Source of the DNA: Acidobacteriota bacterium
GTDB taxonomy: Bacteria; Acidobacteriota; Vicinamibacteria; Vicinamibacterales; SCN-69-37
Length of the DNA: 64,000 nt
NCBI GenBank assembly: GCA_044507065.1
Contig: JBIQJY010000002.1
Coordinates: 33,482-97,481 of the forward strand
Direction: 5' to 3'
This document shows positions 30,358 through 39,572 of this stretch, one piece after another. The notes beneath the pieces are model-generated. The model saw nothing but the letters and a program-made list of their open reading frames with translations. It had not been told where the DNA came from and did not search any database. Each line of letters opens with the position of its first letter. Position 1 is the first letter of the stretch. The position numbers were made by a program, and so were the translations under genes.

Positions 30358-30433
30358 GGGCCTGTAGCGCAGTTGGGAGCGCGCATGAATGGCATTCATG
30401 AGGTCACCGGTTCGATCCCGGTCAGGTCCACCA
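30358..30433 (+). tRNA. tRNA-Ala (anticodon GGC)
   Basis: 76 nt, folded by hand: acceptor GGGCCTG/CAGGTCC with the G3:U70 Ala identity pair, D-stem GCGC/GCGC, anticodon stem CATGA/TCATG with loop AT-GGC-AT, T-arm ACCGG-TTCGATC-CCGGT, encoded CCA. Confidence 0.95.
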
Positions 30434-30744
30434 ACCTTGTCCTTCTCCATCAACCTTCGCTCTGATTCGGCCGGACAGGGTTGAACGAGTCGAGCGAGCT
30501 CCGCTCGTGCTCTTCCCCCTCCAACCAATGTGCACCTCGTAGCGGCGGCGTCCTTGTCGCGGCGTGGATCTGCGTGGCTCGGGACCGATCCGATGCGATG
30601 CCTTGACATCCGACAACAGCGCGCGTACGTGCTTGCTGTCGACAATCTAGGCACTGGGCCTCGAGGCGCCAGGCAAGCTCGGGCGCGGCGGCTGCCGTCG
30701 GTTCGGCGCTGCCGTTGCTCACGTGCTCGAAGCGGAACAAGGTC

Positions 30745-31019
30745 ATGCGCTGGCTGACACGATTGGGACGCACGATCACCGGGCGCACGGACCACTGCGC
30801 CGTGCGCGATGAGCTGCGACAGCACGTCGAGTTCGAGACCCAGGACGTCATCGCCCAGGGCATCTGGTGTCCGGTCTCCTGTACGGCATCAATCCCGTCG
30901 ATCCATGGACCCTCGGTGGCGTGGCCCTGCTGCTCTCACTTGTGGCGGGCGCCGCGGCCGGCGTGCCGGCGTGGCGCGCCAGCCGCCTCGATCCGCTTGT
31001 GGCCCTTCGCCAGGTGTAG
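30745..31019 (+). pseudogene. remnant of an ADOP/MacB-FtsX-type ABC permease (large internal deletion plus frameshift)
   Basis: The N-terminal 40 codons MRWLTRLGRTITGRTDHCAVRDELRQHVEFETQDVIAQGI match the characteristic permease N-terminus. At ~30862 they join out of frame to the last 51 codons LVSGLLYGINPVDPWTLGGVALLLSLVAGAAAGVPAWRASRLDPLVALRQV*. Intact members of this family are ~800-900 aa (from memory). Confidence 0.6.
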
Positions 31020-31472
31020 GGAGGACTCGGGGGCCTTCGTCGACTCCGGCAGCTTCGAACGCTTCGTCTCGTGAGCGCGTTCGGCGCGACGCACCCACCG
31101 GGACACCTCTCGTTCGACGATCGCCTGAAGTCGAGCCTGCTGCGGCTTCGGCAGCCAGGGCAGAAACCTTGGCATGCCCAGGTCCTCGTTCTGGCCCAAC
31201 CACTCCAGCTCGACGTTCGTGGACTCGAGCACGTCACCGGCGCACTCCATAGCCAGGTGAAGCGCTTGAAGCCCGTCGATGCCGAACACGTATCCGGGTT
31301 TACGCCAGGGTGTGGCCAGGCCCGTAATCTGCAGGGCGCAGCCCCAGTCCGAGCCCGGCACAGCCTGGGGCACGCCAAGCGTGACAACGACAGGCTTTCC
31401 GCTGGGTGCCTTGAACACCCGCCGAGCGGCAATGCGTCGGATCGTGCGCGGCGCGGCGAAGGATCTGGTCAT
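30936..31472 (-). CDS. hypothetical protein (orphan, ~130-aa conserved-looking core)
   Basis: 178-aa ORF 14 nt downstream of the FUSC gene. The core (VVVTLGVPQAV..SDWGCALQITGL...GIDGLQALHLAMECAGDVLES..VELEWLG) looks like a real fold. The last ~45 aa are low-complexity and run into the permease remnant. Confidence 0.55.
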   Translation of the reverse strand: MTRSFAAPRTIRRIAARRVFKAPSGKPVVVTLGVPQAVPGSDWGCALQITGLATPWRKPGYVFGIDGLQALHLAMECAGDVLESTNVELEWLGQNEDLGMPRFLPWLPKPQQARLQAIVEREVSRWVRRAERAHETKRSKLPESTKAPESSLHLAKGHKRIEAAGAPRRHAGRGARHK

Positions 31473-31485
31473 ACGTTTGGGCCTC

Positions 31486-33549
31486 TCATGCCAGCGCCTC
31501 CGCGTCCTTCGCCAGGAGGCTCGCCATCATTTCGATGCTGTCAACGACGAGCGCGGCCTCGTCGCTGACGGCATCCGGCGAAACCGTGGCGAGCGACGCC
31601 TGCGTGTCGCGCACCGGCGGGAGGGCTGGTGCTCCGGACCGGTTTCGTACGGCCATCGCAATCGACAACAGGCTCGAACCGACCTGCGAGGCAAGCTCGC
31701 GCGCCGGTGAGGGCAGATCGGGCGACCCGCGCTCGAGGCCCGCATGCACCGAGAGCGCCGCCAGCGCCGTCCGGCGCGCGGCGCCCACGAGCCCGACCGC
31801 CGTGCGCGGCCTCATCGTGTAACGAGACCGCGGCTCGATCATCATGCGCTCGACGACGGCTTCCGCGTTGGACCGCGTCAGCCGCGCCGCGGACCGGGCC
31901 TGACCGAGCGCGGCCAGATCCGGAGGCGCCGGGTCCGCACACGCCACGAGCAGATCTTCCACATAGCGCCCCTGTGCCTCGAGCATCGCGGCTATCGCGG
32001 GACGCGCTTCGGTTGCCGTCCACGTCGGCCACGCCAGGTAGGCCAACAAGGCCAGCACGCCTGCAGCCGCCGTGTAGACGATTCTGTCGCTGGCCGCGGT
32101 GGCTTCCGGAATGCCCGCCAGGGTCATGAGGAAGATAACGTAGCCGGTGATCGAAATGCTCACCGCGGCGTAGTTGGCGCCCGCGAATGCGTAGGCGCCC
32201 CACACGAACGCGAGCACGAGGGCGACCAGTGCGACCGGCCCCGGCGCGAACAGGTAGGCAATGGCCGTCGCGCCCGCCGCCCCGAGCACGGTGCCCGATA
32301 CCCGTCCGAAGCTGAATGCGAACGTGTCGTGGAAGTCGGGCCTGAGGACCAGCGCAATCGTCAGCGGCAACCAGTATCCCCGCGGGAACTCGAGCCATCT
32401 GGCTCCGGCCGTGGCCAGCGTGAGCACCGCCGCCAGGCGCAGCGCGTGCCGGTAGGCGGTCGATGCTGTCGTGAGGTTGGCGCGCAACGTGATGAGCCCC
32501 TCGCGCACGGCCGGCCGTGAGCGGCGCTGTGTGATGTGGTGGTCCCCGCGTGGCGCCAGGTGTCCGGGGACGGCGGCGGGAACACCGGCCGTCCGCCACG
32601 CCGCGCGGATCTGATCGATGAGCGGCTCGACGATGGCGCTTGGCGGCAGGCGCTTGACGCAGTTGGCGAGGATCCGCGAAAAGTCCGGTGGTTCGCTCGG
32701 CGCGCGCCCGGCGGTAATGGCCTCGGCGATTTCCTCGAGCGCCCGCGTCACCAGGTGGGCCAGCACGACGGCGCAGCGGTACTCGGAGGGCTCGAGGTGC
32801 CGCGAGCGGACCGCGAAAGACGCCAGGCTCGCGCGAATGCGTTCGGCCTCGTCGAACAGCGCCTGGAAGACGAAGAGTTCCGCGGAGCGCGCGAACGGCT
32901 GCGGATCAGCGAACGGCGAGGGCGTCTCGGCAAAGGTGTGCGGCTCGGGCGGCAGGCCCTCGGCCACCGGGATCTTCGACGCGTACGCCGCCAGGCTCCG
33001 GTAGACGGCAGCGATGTTCCGGCGCTCGACCGGGAATCGACGCAACGGCCAGATCACGACGACGAGCAGTGTCTGCACGAGGCCGCCAGCCAGCGCGAGC
33101 GCGGAACGCGCGGCCGCCCCCTCGAAGTCGGATGGGTACGCGCCGGCAATCAACAGCGCCACGATCGACTGCAGTCCGACGTACGACGCACCGTTCCCGA
33201 GCGCGACGAGAAGCCCGCCTGTGAGGGCCCAGAGGCCCGCAACGAGGACCGTTGCCGCGGTCGAATGGCCCGCGAGCGATCCGACGAACACCGAAAACGC
33301 CATCGCGGCGGCGGCCAGCAGCATGAACACGGCCCGACCGCGGTAGGCACCCTGAAACGACCCGAAGCCGACGCCGACGGCGCCAGCCGCACCGAACACG
33401 CCGACGAGAGGCTCATCGAGCGCGAGCCCCGTCAGAAGCGGAACCGCAACGCCCACCGCGCATCGTGCCGCCACGAGCGGCTCGACGCGCGAGCGGTCCA
33501 CCGCCAGAATCGACTGAATTGCCCGACGTGCCGCACCAGGCATACGCAC
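31486..33549 (-). CDS. FUSC-family (fusaric-acid-resistance/aromatic-acid-exporter-like) integral membrane protein
   Basis: 687 aa. Two multi-TM bundles are separated by, and followed by, helical cytoplasmic regions. N-terminal RRAIQSILAVD...RCAVGVAVPLLTGLAL is typical of the family. Confidence 0.75.
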   Translation of the reverse strand: MRMPGAARRAIQSILAVDRSRVEPLVAARCAVGVAVPLLTGLALDEPLVGVFGAAGAVGVGFGSFQGAYRGRAVFMLLAAAAMAFSVFVGSLAGHSTAATVLVAGLWALTGGLLVALGNGASYVGLQSIVALLIAGAYPSDFEGAAARSALALAGGLVQTLLVVVIWPLRRFPVERRNIAAVYRSLAAYASKIPVAEGLPPEPHTFAETPSPFADPQPFARSAELFVFQALFDEAERIRASLASFAVRSRHLEPSEYRCAVVLAHLVTRALEEIAEAITAGRAPSEPPDFSRILANCVKRLPPSAIVEPLIDQIRAAWRTAGVPAAVPGHLAPRGDHHITQRRSRPAVREGLITLRANLTTASTAYRHALRLAAVLTLATAGARWLEFPRGYWLPLTIALVLRPDFHDTFAFSFGRVSGTVLGAAGATAIAYLFAPGPVALVALVLAFVWGAYAFAGANYAAVSISITGYVIFLMTLAGIPEATAASDRIVYTAAAGVLALLAYLAWPTWTATEARPAIAAMLEAQGRYVEDLLVACADPAPPDLAALGQARSAARLTRSNAEAVVERMMIEPRSRYTMRPRTAVGLVGAARRTALAALSVHAGLERGSPDLPSPARELASQVGSSLLSIAMAVRNRSGAPALPPVRDTQASLATVSPDAVSDEAALVVDSIEMMASLLAKDAEALA

Positions 33550-33694
33550 CGTCTCTGTCGTCGCTTCGGTCGCTGCTCACCAACGATGTCCGTTGCCGCG
33601 TGCAGCGGGAACTCTGCCTGGGGGAGCCGGGGGAACGACGCGCGGCCGGTCGCCGCCCGGGCAGGCGACGCGGCCACGCGCCGGCACATGAGTG

Positions 33695-34681
33695 TCAGTT
33701 CACGACAAGTACGACTTTGCCAATGTGATGGCCGTCCTCGAGCACACGATGTGCTTCGGCGGCATCCTCGAGCGGGAACGTCGCGTGGATGACCGGGCGC
33801 ACGGTGCGGTCGGCAAGCAGCGGCCACACGCGCTTCTCGAGCTGCTGCGCGATGAGACCCTTCTCGGCCGACGGCTGCGGACGCAGCGTCGACCCGGTGA
33901 GCGTCAGGCGCCGCCGCATGATCGTGTTGAGGTCAATCTCGACTGACGAACCGTGCAGGAGCGCGATCTGCACCAACCGGCCGTCGGGCGCGAGCAGCTC
34001 GACGTTGCGGGGCGTATAGTCGCCGCCCACCATGTCGAGGATGACGTCCATGCCGTGGCCCCCGGAGTACTCGCGCGCGACGACAACGAAGTCTTCGGTG
34101 TTGTAGTTGATCGCGCGCTCCGCGCCGAGCTCGTCGCAGGCCGCGCACTTCGCGTCGGTGCCTGCGGTGGCCAGCACATGGGCGCCGAACGCACGGCCGA
34201 GCTGGATGGCCGTCGTGCCGACGCCGCTCGATCCACCGTGGACGAGAAAGAACTCGTCGGCCGCGAGCCGCCCGCGATCGAACACGTTGGTCCACACCGT
34301 GAAGTAGGTCTCGGGCAGCGCCGCGGCCTCGACGAGGCTCAGGCCGTCGGGCACGGGCAGGCACTGGACCGACGGCGCAACGGCCAGCTCGGCGTAGCCG
34401 CCGCCGGTGAGCAGGGCCGTCACCCGGTCGCCGACCGACCAGCGCTCGGGTTCCTCGCTCTCGCCGATGGCCACGACGGTGCCGGCAACCTCGAGCCCGG
34501 GCACGTCTGACGCACCGGCAGGCGGCGGGTACCGGCCCTGTCGCTGGAACAGGTCGGGCCGATTCACGCCCGCCGCCGCGACCTCGATCAGCACCTCGCC
34601 GGCGGCAGGGACCGGCGGCTCACGTTCAGCCAGCTGAAGGACATCAGGCTCGCCAAAGCTGGAGATTTCGATGACTCGCAT
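33695..34681 (-). CDS. qor: NAD(P)H:quinone oxidoreductase (MDR/zeta-crystallin family)
   Basis: 328 aa with GVNRPDLFQRQGRYPPP, LVHGGSSGVGTTAIQLGRAFGA and a C-terminal GHHIGKVVLV. Confidence 0.9.
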   Translation of the reverse strand: MRVIEISSFGEPDVLQLAEREPPVPAAGEVLIEVAAAGVNRPDLFQRQGRYPPPAGASDVPGLEVAGTVVAIGESEEPERWSVGDRVTALLTGGGYAELAVAPSVQCLPVPDGLSLVEAAALPETYFTVWTNVFDRGRLAADEFFLVHGGSSGVGTTAIQLGRAFGAHVLATAGTDAKCAACDELGAERAINYNTEDFVVVAREYSGGHGMDVILDMVGGDYTPRNVELLAPDGRLVQIALLHGSSVEIDLNTIMRRRLTLTGSTLRPQPSAEKGLIAQQLEKRVWPLLADRTVRPVIHATFPLEDAAEAHRVLEDGHHIGKVVLVVN

Positions 34682-34766
34682 GTCCGGAAGTATTACATCG
34701 CGGCGCCGATCGAGCCACCCGCGCGGGCCTGCGCGCTGTGTCGGCCATGACAGCCGACCTGCGGTG

Positions 34767-35006
34767 TCACCGAGGAGCGGCCGCCGGCCTTCCCACGCGT
34801 GACAGCCATCGTGACAGCTGCGCGACGGCCTCGTCTGGCGTGCCGCCGTAGAAGGGCATCACCGCGTTGGTCGTGCCGCTCTGCGCGAGCCGCGCACGCC
34901 ACCGCCCGGCGTCGACGGGCAGCACCTCAATCACGTATGCGCGGCCGTTGATGTCTTCTGTCACACGGATCGGCTTCGCCGCTGTCGCTGGGGGCATGGT
35001 TCGCAT
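34767..35006 (-). CDS. small hypothetical protein
   Basis: 79 aa from MRTMPPATAAKPIRVTEDINGRAYVIEVLPVDAGRWRARL... The composition is protein-like but I recognise no motif. The longer 160-aa ORF N-terminus looks non-coding. Confidence 0.45.
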   Translation of the reverse strand: MRTMPPATAAKPIRVTEDINGRAYVIEVLPVDAGRWRARLAQSGTTNAVMPFYGGTPDEAVAQLSRWLSRVGRPAAAPR

Positions 35007-35152
35007 GTCGGTAACGATGATGATTCTAGTGAGCCGGCGCGCGCGTGCAAGCGAAAGCACGTGCGAAGCTGCTGCACGGTGGGGCGGGTCGAGGAGTTTG
35101 TTCCGGTTACGTCGGAAAATAGTTCGGCGTCGACAGCAGTTGCACAGGTCAT

Positions 35153-35186
35153 CCGCGACCTTTCCACAGGATTTCCACAGTCGCGG
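35153..35186 (+). promoter_or_regulatory. tandem direct repeat inside an inverted repeat (candidate operator or leader element)
   Basis: TTTCCACAG occurs at 35161-35169 and again at 35172-35180, an 11-bp phase. It is flanked by CCGCGAC (35153-35159) and GTCGCGG (35180-35186), 14-20 nt upstream of the ATG at 35200. Confidence 0.35.
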
Positions 35187-35199
35187 CAATTCGGCGACA

Positions 35200-36573
35200 A
35201 TGTGCGTCGTGGCTTCGCGCGTCCTCCCCGCCGCATGGCTGCTTGCCACGCTCGCCTGGCCGACTGCCGCCGTCGCGCAGGCGCCGCTTGCTGCCTCCGC
35301 GACGACCTATCGCGTCTTCCTGGCAACGGGTGAGCCGTTGCCGAGCTACGGCGAGCCAGCGCTGGTCGGCGACCGCGTCATCTTCAACCTCCTGATCGGA
35401 TCGGCCGACGACGTGCGCGACATGCAGCTCGTCAGCCTGCCGGCCAGCGGCGTCGACACCGACCGCACGGCGCGTTACGTCCACGCGATGCGGGCCGTGC
35501 ACTACGCGGCCACCAGGGGCGACGCGGACTATGCGGCCCTTACCGCGGAAGTGGCCCGCGTGCTCGACGAACTGGCCGCGGCCACCGACGCCGGACGTCG
35601 GCTCGCGCTGGCGGAGAGCGCGCAACGCAGTCTTCTGGCCTGGTCGGCCGATCACTTCCAGTACCGCGCGGCCGACATCCACGAACTCGCCGCGCTTTTC
35701 GATGACGTCATCACCGAGTTGCGTGCCGCCGCGGGTCGACCCGGCGTTTCGCTCACGCTCGTTGCCGGTGAGCCGCCGCTCGAGCCGCTACTGCCCGAGC
35801 CGACGGCGCGCGAGTCGGTCGCCCTTGCCCTGGCGGCTGCGCGGACGGCCGATGTCGGCGCCGAGCGCGTGGACATTCTGCGCCGCGCCGCCGACGTCGC
35901 CGAGAAGACCGGCAACGCCGCCGCGGCGCGTACGGCCGAGGCCACGCTCGCCGAAGAGGTCCGGGCGGGCACCGCCTACGCATCGCTCATAGCGGCCCTG
36001 CGGACACGCGCCGATGCGGCGCGGCGCCGTGGCGACGTCGCGGCCGTCGAACGGCTTGCCGACGAGCTCGATCGCCGCGACCGCCAACTCGGCCGCCGCC
36101 GGCCCGCCGAGGTCCAGGCGCTCTCTGGCCAGCTTTCGGCTGCGGTCGAGGCGACCCGCGCGTTTCGCCGCGCGCTCGACGAGCACACCCGGCAGCTCGG
36201 CGCGCTGCGGCGGTATGACTCGCAGATCCGGCCGCTGCTGGCGCGTTTCGATCTGCTCGCCACAACGCTCATCGCCCTCCGCGACATGCGCGGCATCACG
36301 CCAAACCAGCTGGCGACCGTCGAGACCACGGTGCAGCAGGTGCTGCGCGACCTGGCCACCATCAGGCCGCCGGCCGCTCAGCTCTCCGTCCACGCCACGT
36401 TCGAGAGCGTGCTGCGCATGGCGCACGAGGCGTCTCAGCGCCGGCGTCTGGCGACGTCCAGCCAGGCTGCGGAAATGCGCGAAGCGTCGGCGGCCGCCTC
36501 CGGTGCGCTCCTGCTCGGCGGCCAGGTGCGCCGCGATCTCGCTGCGAGTCTTCGTCGCCCCGCTATTCAGTGA
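35200..36573 (+). CDS. hypothetical secreted Ala/Arg-rich helical protein
   Basis: Start set at MCVVASRVLPAAWLLATLAWPTAAVA-QA (signal peptide). 457 aa with a short beta-like N-terminal module (YRVFLATGEPLPSYGEPALVGDRVIFNLL), then long helical repeats. No motif recognised. It ends 17 nt before addB. Confidence 0.65.
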   Translation: MCVVASRVLPAAWLLATLAWPTAAVAQAPLAASATTYRVFLATGEPLPSYGEPALVGDRVIFNLLIGSADDVRDMQLVSLPASGVDTDRTARYVHAMRAVHYAATRGDADYAALTAEVARVLDELAAATDAGRRLALAESAQRSLLAWSADHFQYRAADIHELAALFDDVITELRAAAGRPGVSLTLVAGEPPLEPLLPEPTARESVALALAAARTADVGAERVDILRRAADVAEKTGNAAAARTAEATLAEEVRAGTAYASLIAALRTRADAARRRGDVAAVERLADELDRRDRQLGRRRPAEVQALSGQLSAAVEATRAFRRALDEHTRQLGALRRYDSQIRPLLARFDLLATTLIALRDMRGITPNQLATVETTVQQVLRDLATIRPPAAQLSVHATFESVLRMAHEASQRRRLATSSQAAEMREASAAASGALLLGGQVRRDLAASLRRPAIQ

Positions 36574-36590
36574 CACACTGAACGACGCTG

Positions 36591-39572
36591 ATGCAGCGTC
36601 GCTTCCTCGTCAGAACCCGTGGTCTGGCCTCGTTCCGCCAGGCGCTCGTCGAGCGCGCACTGGCCGGCGGTCCGGCCGCCGCGCGCCGGCGCGTCGTCGT
36701 CGTGCCCACCCGCGCGGCCGGCGCGCTCCTGCGATTGACGATGGAGCAGGCGGCCGTGTGCGAGGGACGGACGGCCATCGTGTGTCCCGATCTGTTGACG
36801 CGCGAGGAATGGCTCGTCCGGATGCTCCTGGCCGTCGACGGATCGCCGCGATGGCTCAGCCGACTCGAGCGGCGCGTGATTCTCGAGCGCGCCTGTCGGG
36901 CCACCCTGGCCGGACGACGCCTCGCCCAGCCGTTCGAACTCCGGCCGGGCCTCGTTGCGGCGATGCTCGAGTTCTACGATGAAATCCGCAGGCGGCAGCG
37001 GCGCATTCGCGCCTTCGCCCGCACGATCTTCGATGAGCTCCGCGTGGAGCAGGGCACCGATCGCGGCAGCGACGACCTGATCAACCAGACCCGATTCCTC
37101 GGCTACGCCTTCCTCGCCTACCAACGCGCCGCGCGTGCGAGCGGGGGAGTGGACGAACACGAACTCGGGCGCCTCCTGCTGGCGGGCCAGCCGGTGCTGC
37201 CGTTCAATGAGCTCGTCATCGCGGTGGCCGACCACCCGGCCGACCCCCGCGGGCTCTGGCCGGCCGATTTCGACCTGATCGGCCGCCTGCGCACGCTCGC
37301 GTCGGTCCAGATCGTCATGACCGACGAGGCGCACGACGCAGGGTTCCGCGAGCGCGTCGAACAGGAGTTGCCGGGGATCGAGGAAGTCCGGGCGCCAGAC
37401 GTCGAGCGGTCTCCGGTCCTCGTCAGCCTGCCGACCGACGCGCCGCTCGATATCGACGTGCCGATGGCCGTCGCTCGCGATCGCGAGGAGGAACTGCGCG
37501 GCGTGGCGCGACATGTGCGCGCGCGGGCCGCCGACACGCGCGCGTTGACGGGCACGACGGCCGTGGTCTTTCATCGCCCTCTGCCGTACCTGTATCTGGC
37601 GCAGCAGGTGATGAACGACGCGCGCGTGCCGTATCAGGCCGCCGACGCCCTCCCCCTGGCCACCGAGCCCTACGCGGCGCTGCTCGACCTGGCGCTGGCC
37701 GTTTCCCGCACCGGTGGCGGCCGTGACGCCGTGCTGGCGCTGTTGCGCTCGCCGCTCGCACGATTCGACGTCGACGGCCGCACGGTGGTCGCCCAGGATG
37801 TTGCCGCGCTCGATGCCATCCTCACCGACCGGCGCGCGACCGGTGGTGCGGACACGTTCCTCGACCACGTCGACGGCTGGCGGCGCCAGCAGGGTGACCG
37901 TGCGACGGCGCGCGCGGAACGCGCCGGCCGCGCGGCTACCGCGGCGGTCGGGGCCGCGCGCGATCTGCGCGAGGTCGAGGCGGCGTCGACCGGTTCCGGC
38001 CAGGTGCGCGCGCTGTCGTCGTGGCTGCGCGCCGCGGAGCGGACCGACGGCGGCCATCGTCCGGTCGATGAGCGCTATCGCCGGGCACGCGCGGCCGTGC
38101 TTGCGGTGCTCGATCAGCTTGCGGACGCGCTTTCGCGCCACGACGATCGGACGCGCACGCTCGACGAACTGGCGGCCATCGTCTATCACGCCATCGAGGA
38201 TCGCACCTTCGTCCCGGCGCGACCCGGTGAGGGCGTGCACCTGGTGGATGCGGCGGCCGCCCGGTTTGGCGAGATCGACGATGTGTTCCTCGTGGGACTG
38301 GTCGAGACCGACTGGGCCGAACGTCCCCGCCGCAGTTTCTTTTATTCGGCCGGCCTGTTGAAGGCGCTCGGCTGGCCCCAGGATGTCGACCAGACGCTCG
38401 CGCAGCAGGCGGCCTTCCGCGACGTCCTCACCCTGGCGCGCCGCAGCACGCGGCTCTCGGCTTTCCAGCTCGAGGGCGACTCGGCCGTCGCCCTGTCCAC
38501 GATGATCGACGCGGCACGCGGCCTGCCGCGCTGGTCCGAGGTTCTGCCGGACCAGCCGTTCGTCTTCGCTGACGAGACACTGACGTGCGGCGTTTCCCCC
38601 ATCGGTCTGGACCCTGGCGTGGCCGGCTGGTTCGCCGCGCGGAAGGATCGCCCGGATCTTTCCAGCCGCGACTACAGCGGGTTCGTGGCGCCGCGGGCAC
38701 CGCAGGTGTACTCGGTCAGCCGCGTCGATCGATATGTGACCTGCCCGTTCAAGTATTTTTCGGAACACGTCCTGCGGCTGAGCGAGGAGCGGGAGGACGC
38801 GGCCGGCATGACGCCGCTCGAGCGCGGCACGTTCCTGCACCTGCTGCTCGAACGCTTCTATCGCGACTGGCAGGAGTCGGGGCATGGATCGGTCACGGCC
38901 GCCAACATGCCGGACGCCCAGGCGCTGTTTGCCACGATCGCCGATCAACTGCTCGCCGGCCTGCCCGCACCCGATCGAATCATCGAACGCCTGCGCATCG
39001 TCGGATCGATCGTCGCGCCGGGAGTCGCCGACCGCGTGCTGGAACTGGAGGCCGCCATGCCCGGTGAGGTCTCCCGGCGCCTGCTCGAAGTGCCAATCGA
39101 GGGAGAGTTCACCTTCCCGGCGCAGAGCGGGTTCACAGTGCGACGCGTGGCCATCCGGGGCAAGGCCGACCGCGTTGATGTTCTGGCGGATCGCTCCCTG
39201 CGCGTCGTGGATTACAAGCTTGGACGGATGCCGGACCTGGCCACGTCCGTGCAGCTGGCCGTCTATGCGCACTGCGTGCGCCAGTGGATGGAGCAGCAGG
39301 GGGCGGAAGGCAGCCATCCGGTCGCCGCGGCCATGTATCTCGCATTCGGCGACGACCGACGCTTCGAGGGCCGGCTGGCCGACTCGCCAGGGGAACTGGA
39401 ATACGCGATTCACGCGCGGACGAGCGCGTTTGCGGCCGTCATCGATCGGATCGAAGGCGGCGAGTTTCCGCCGCAGCCCCGACGGACGACCGAGTGTACG
39501 TGGTGCGGCTACGCGGGCGTGTGCCGCAAGGAATACCGGATCGAGGACGATGACGCAGCCGAGTCTGTTTGA
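36591..39572 (+). CDS. addB: AddB-type helicase-nuclease subunit (PD-(D/E)XK nuclease with Fe-S cluster cysteines)
   Basis: 993 aa. The N-terminal ATPase-like region lacks a Walker A (VVVVPTRAAGALL). The C-terminal RecB-family nuclease has VTCPFKYF...GKADRVDVLADRSLRVVDYKLG...CTWCGYAGVC (4 Cys). Confidence 0.85.
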   Translation: MQRRFLVRTRGLASFRQALVERALAGGPAAARRRVVVVPTRAAGALLRLTMEQAAVCEGRTAIVCPDLLTREEWLVRMLLAVDGSPRWLSRLERRVILERACRATLAGRRLAQPFELRPGLVAAMLEFYDEIRRRQRRIRAFARTIFDELRVEQGTDRGSDDLINQTRFLGYAFLAYQRAARASGGVDEHELGRLLLAGQPVLPFNELVIAVADHPADPRGLWPADFDLIGRLRTLASVQIVMTDEAHDAGFRERVEQELPGIEEVRAPDVERSPVLVSLPTDAPLDIDVPMAVARDREEELRGVARHVRARAADTRALTGTTAVVFHRPLPYLYLAQQVMNDARVPYQAADALPLATEPYAALLDLALAVSRTGGGRDAVLALLRSPLARFDVDGRTVVAQDVAALDAILTDRRATGGADTFLDHVDGWRRQQGDRATARAERAGRAATAAVGAARDLREVEAASTGSGQVRALSSWLRAAERTDGGHRPVDERYRRARAAVLAVLDQLADALSRHDDRTRTLDELAAIVYHAIEDRTFVPARPGEGVHLVDAAAARFGEIDDVFLVGLVETDWAERPRRSFFYSAGLLKALGWPQDVDQTLAQQAAFRDVLTLARRSTRLSAFQLEGDSAVALSTMIDAARGLPRWSEVLPDQPFVFADETLTCGVSPIGLDPGVAGWFAARKDRPDLSSRDYSGFVAPRAPQVYSVSRVDRYVTCPFKYFSEHVLRLSEEREDAAGMTPLERGTFLHLLLERFYRDWQESGHGSVTAANMPDAQALFATIADQLLAGLPAPDRIIERLRIVGSIVAPGVADRVLELEAAMPGEVSRRLLEVPIEGEFTFPAQSGFTVRRVAIRGKADRVDVLADRSLRVVDYKLGRMPDLATSVQLAVYAHCVRQWMEQQGAEGSHPVAAAMYLAFGDDRRFEGRLADSPGELEYAIHARTSAFAAVIDRIEGGEFPPQPRRTTECTWCGYAGVCRKEYRIEDDDAAESV

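Noticed and set aside
30434-33549. Possible integrated mobile element or genomic island at the tRNA-Ala 3' side.
   Set aside because: I found no integrase, transposase, phage gene or recognisable direct repeat of the tRNA 3' end by eye. There are only a decayed permease locus and ordinary-looking chromosomal genes.
38884-39549. An N-terminal 222-codon extension that makes addA appear as a 1332-aa ORF.
   Set aside because: This part overlaps addB in another frame and translates to Pro/Arg/Ser-rich sequence. The conserved UvrD N-terminus with Walker A begins after the ATG at 39550.
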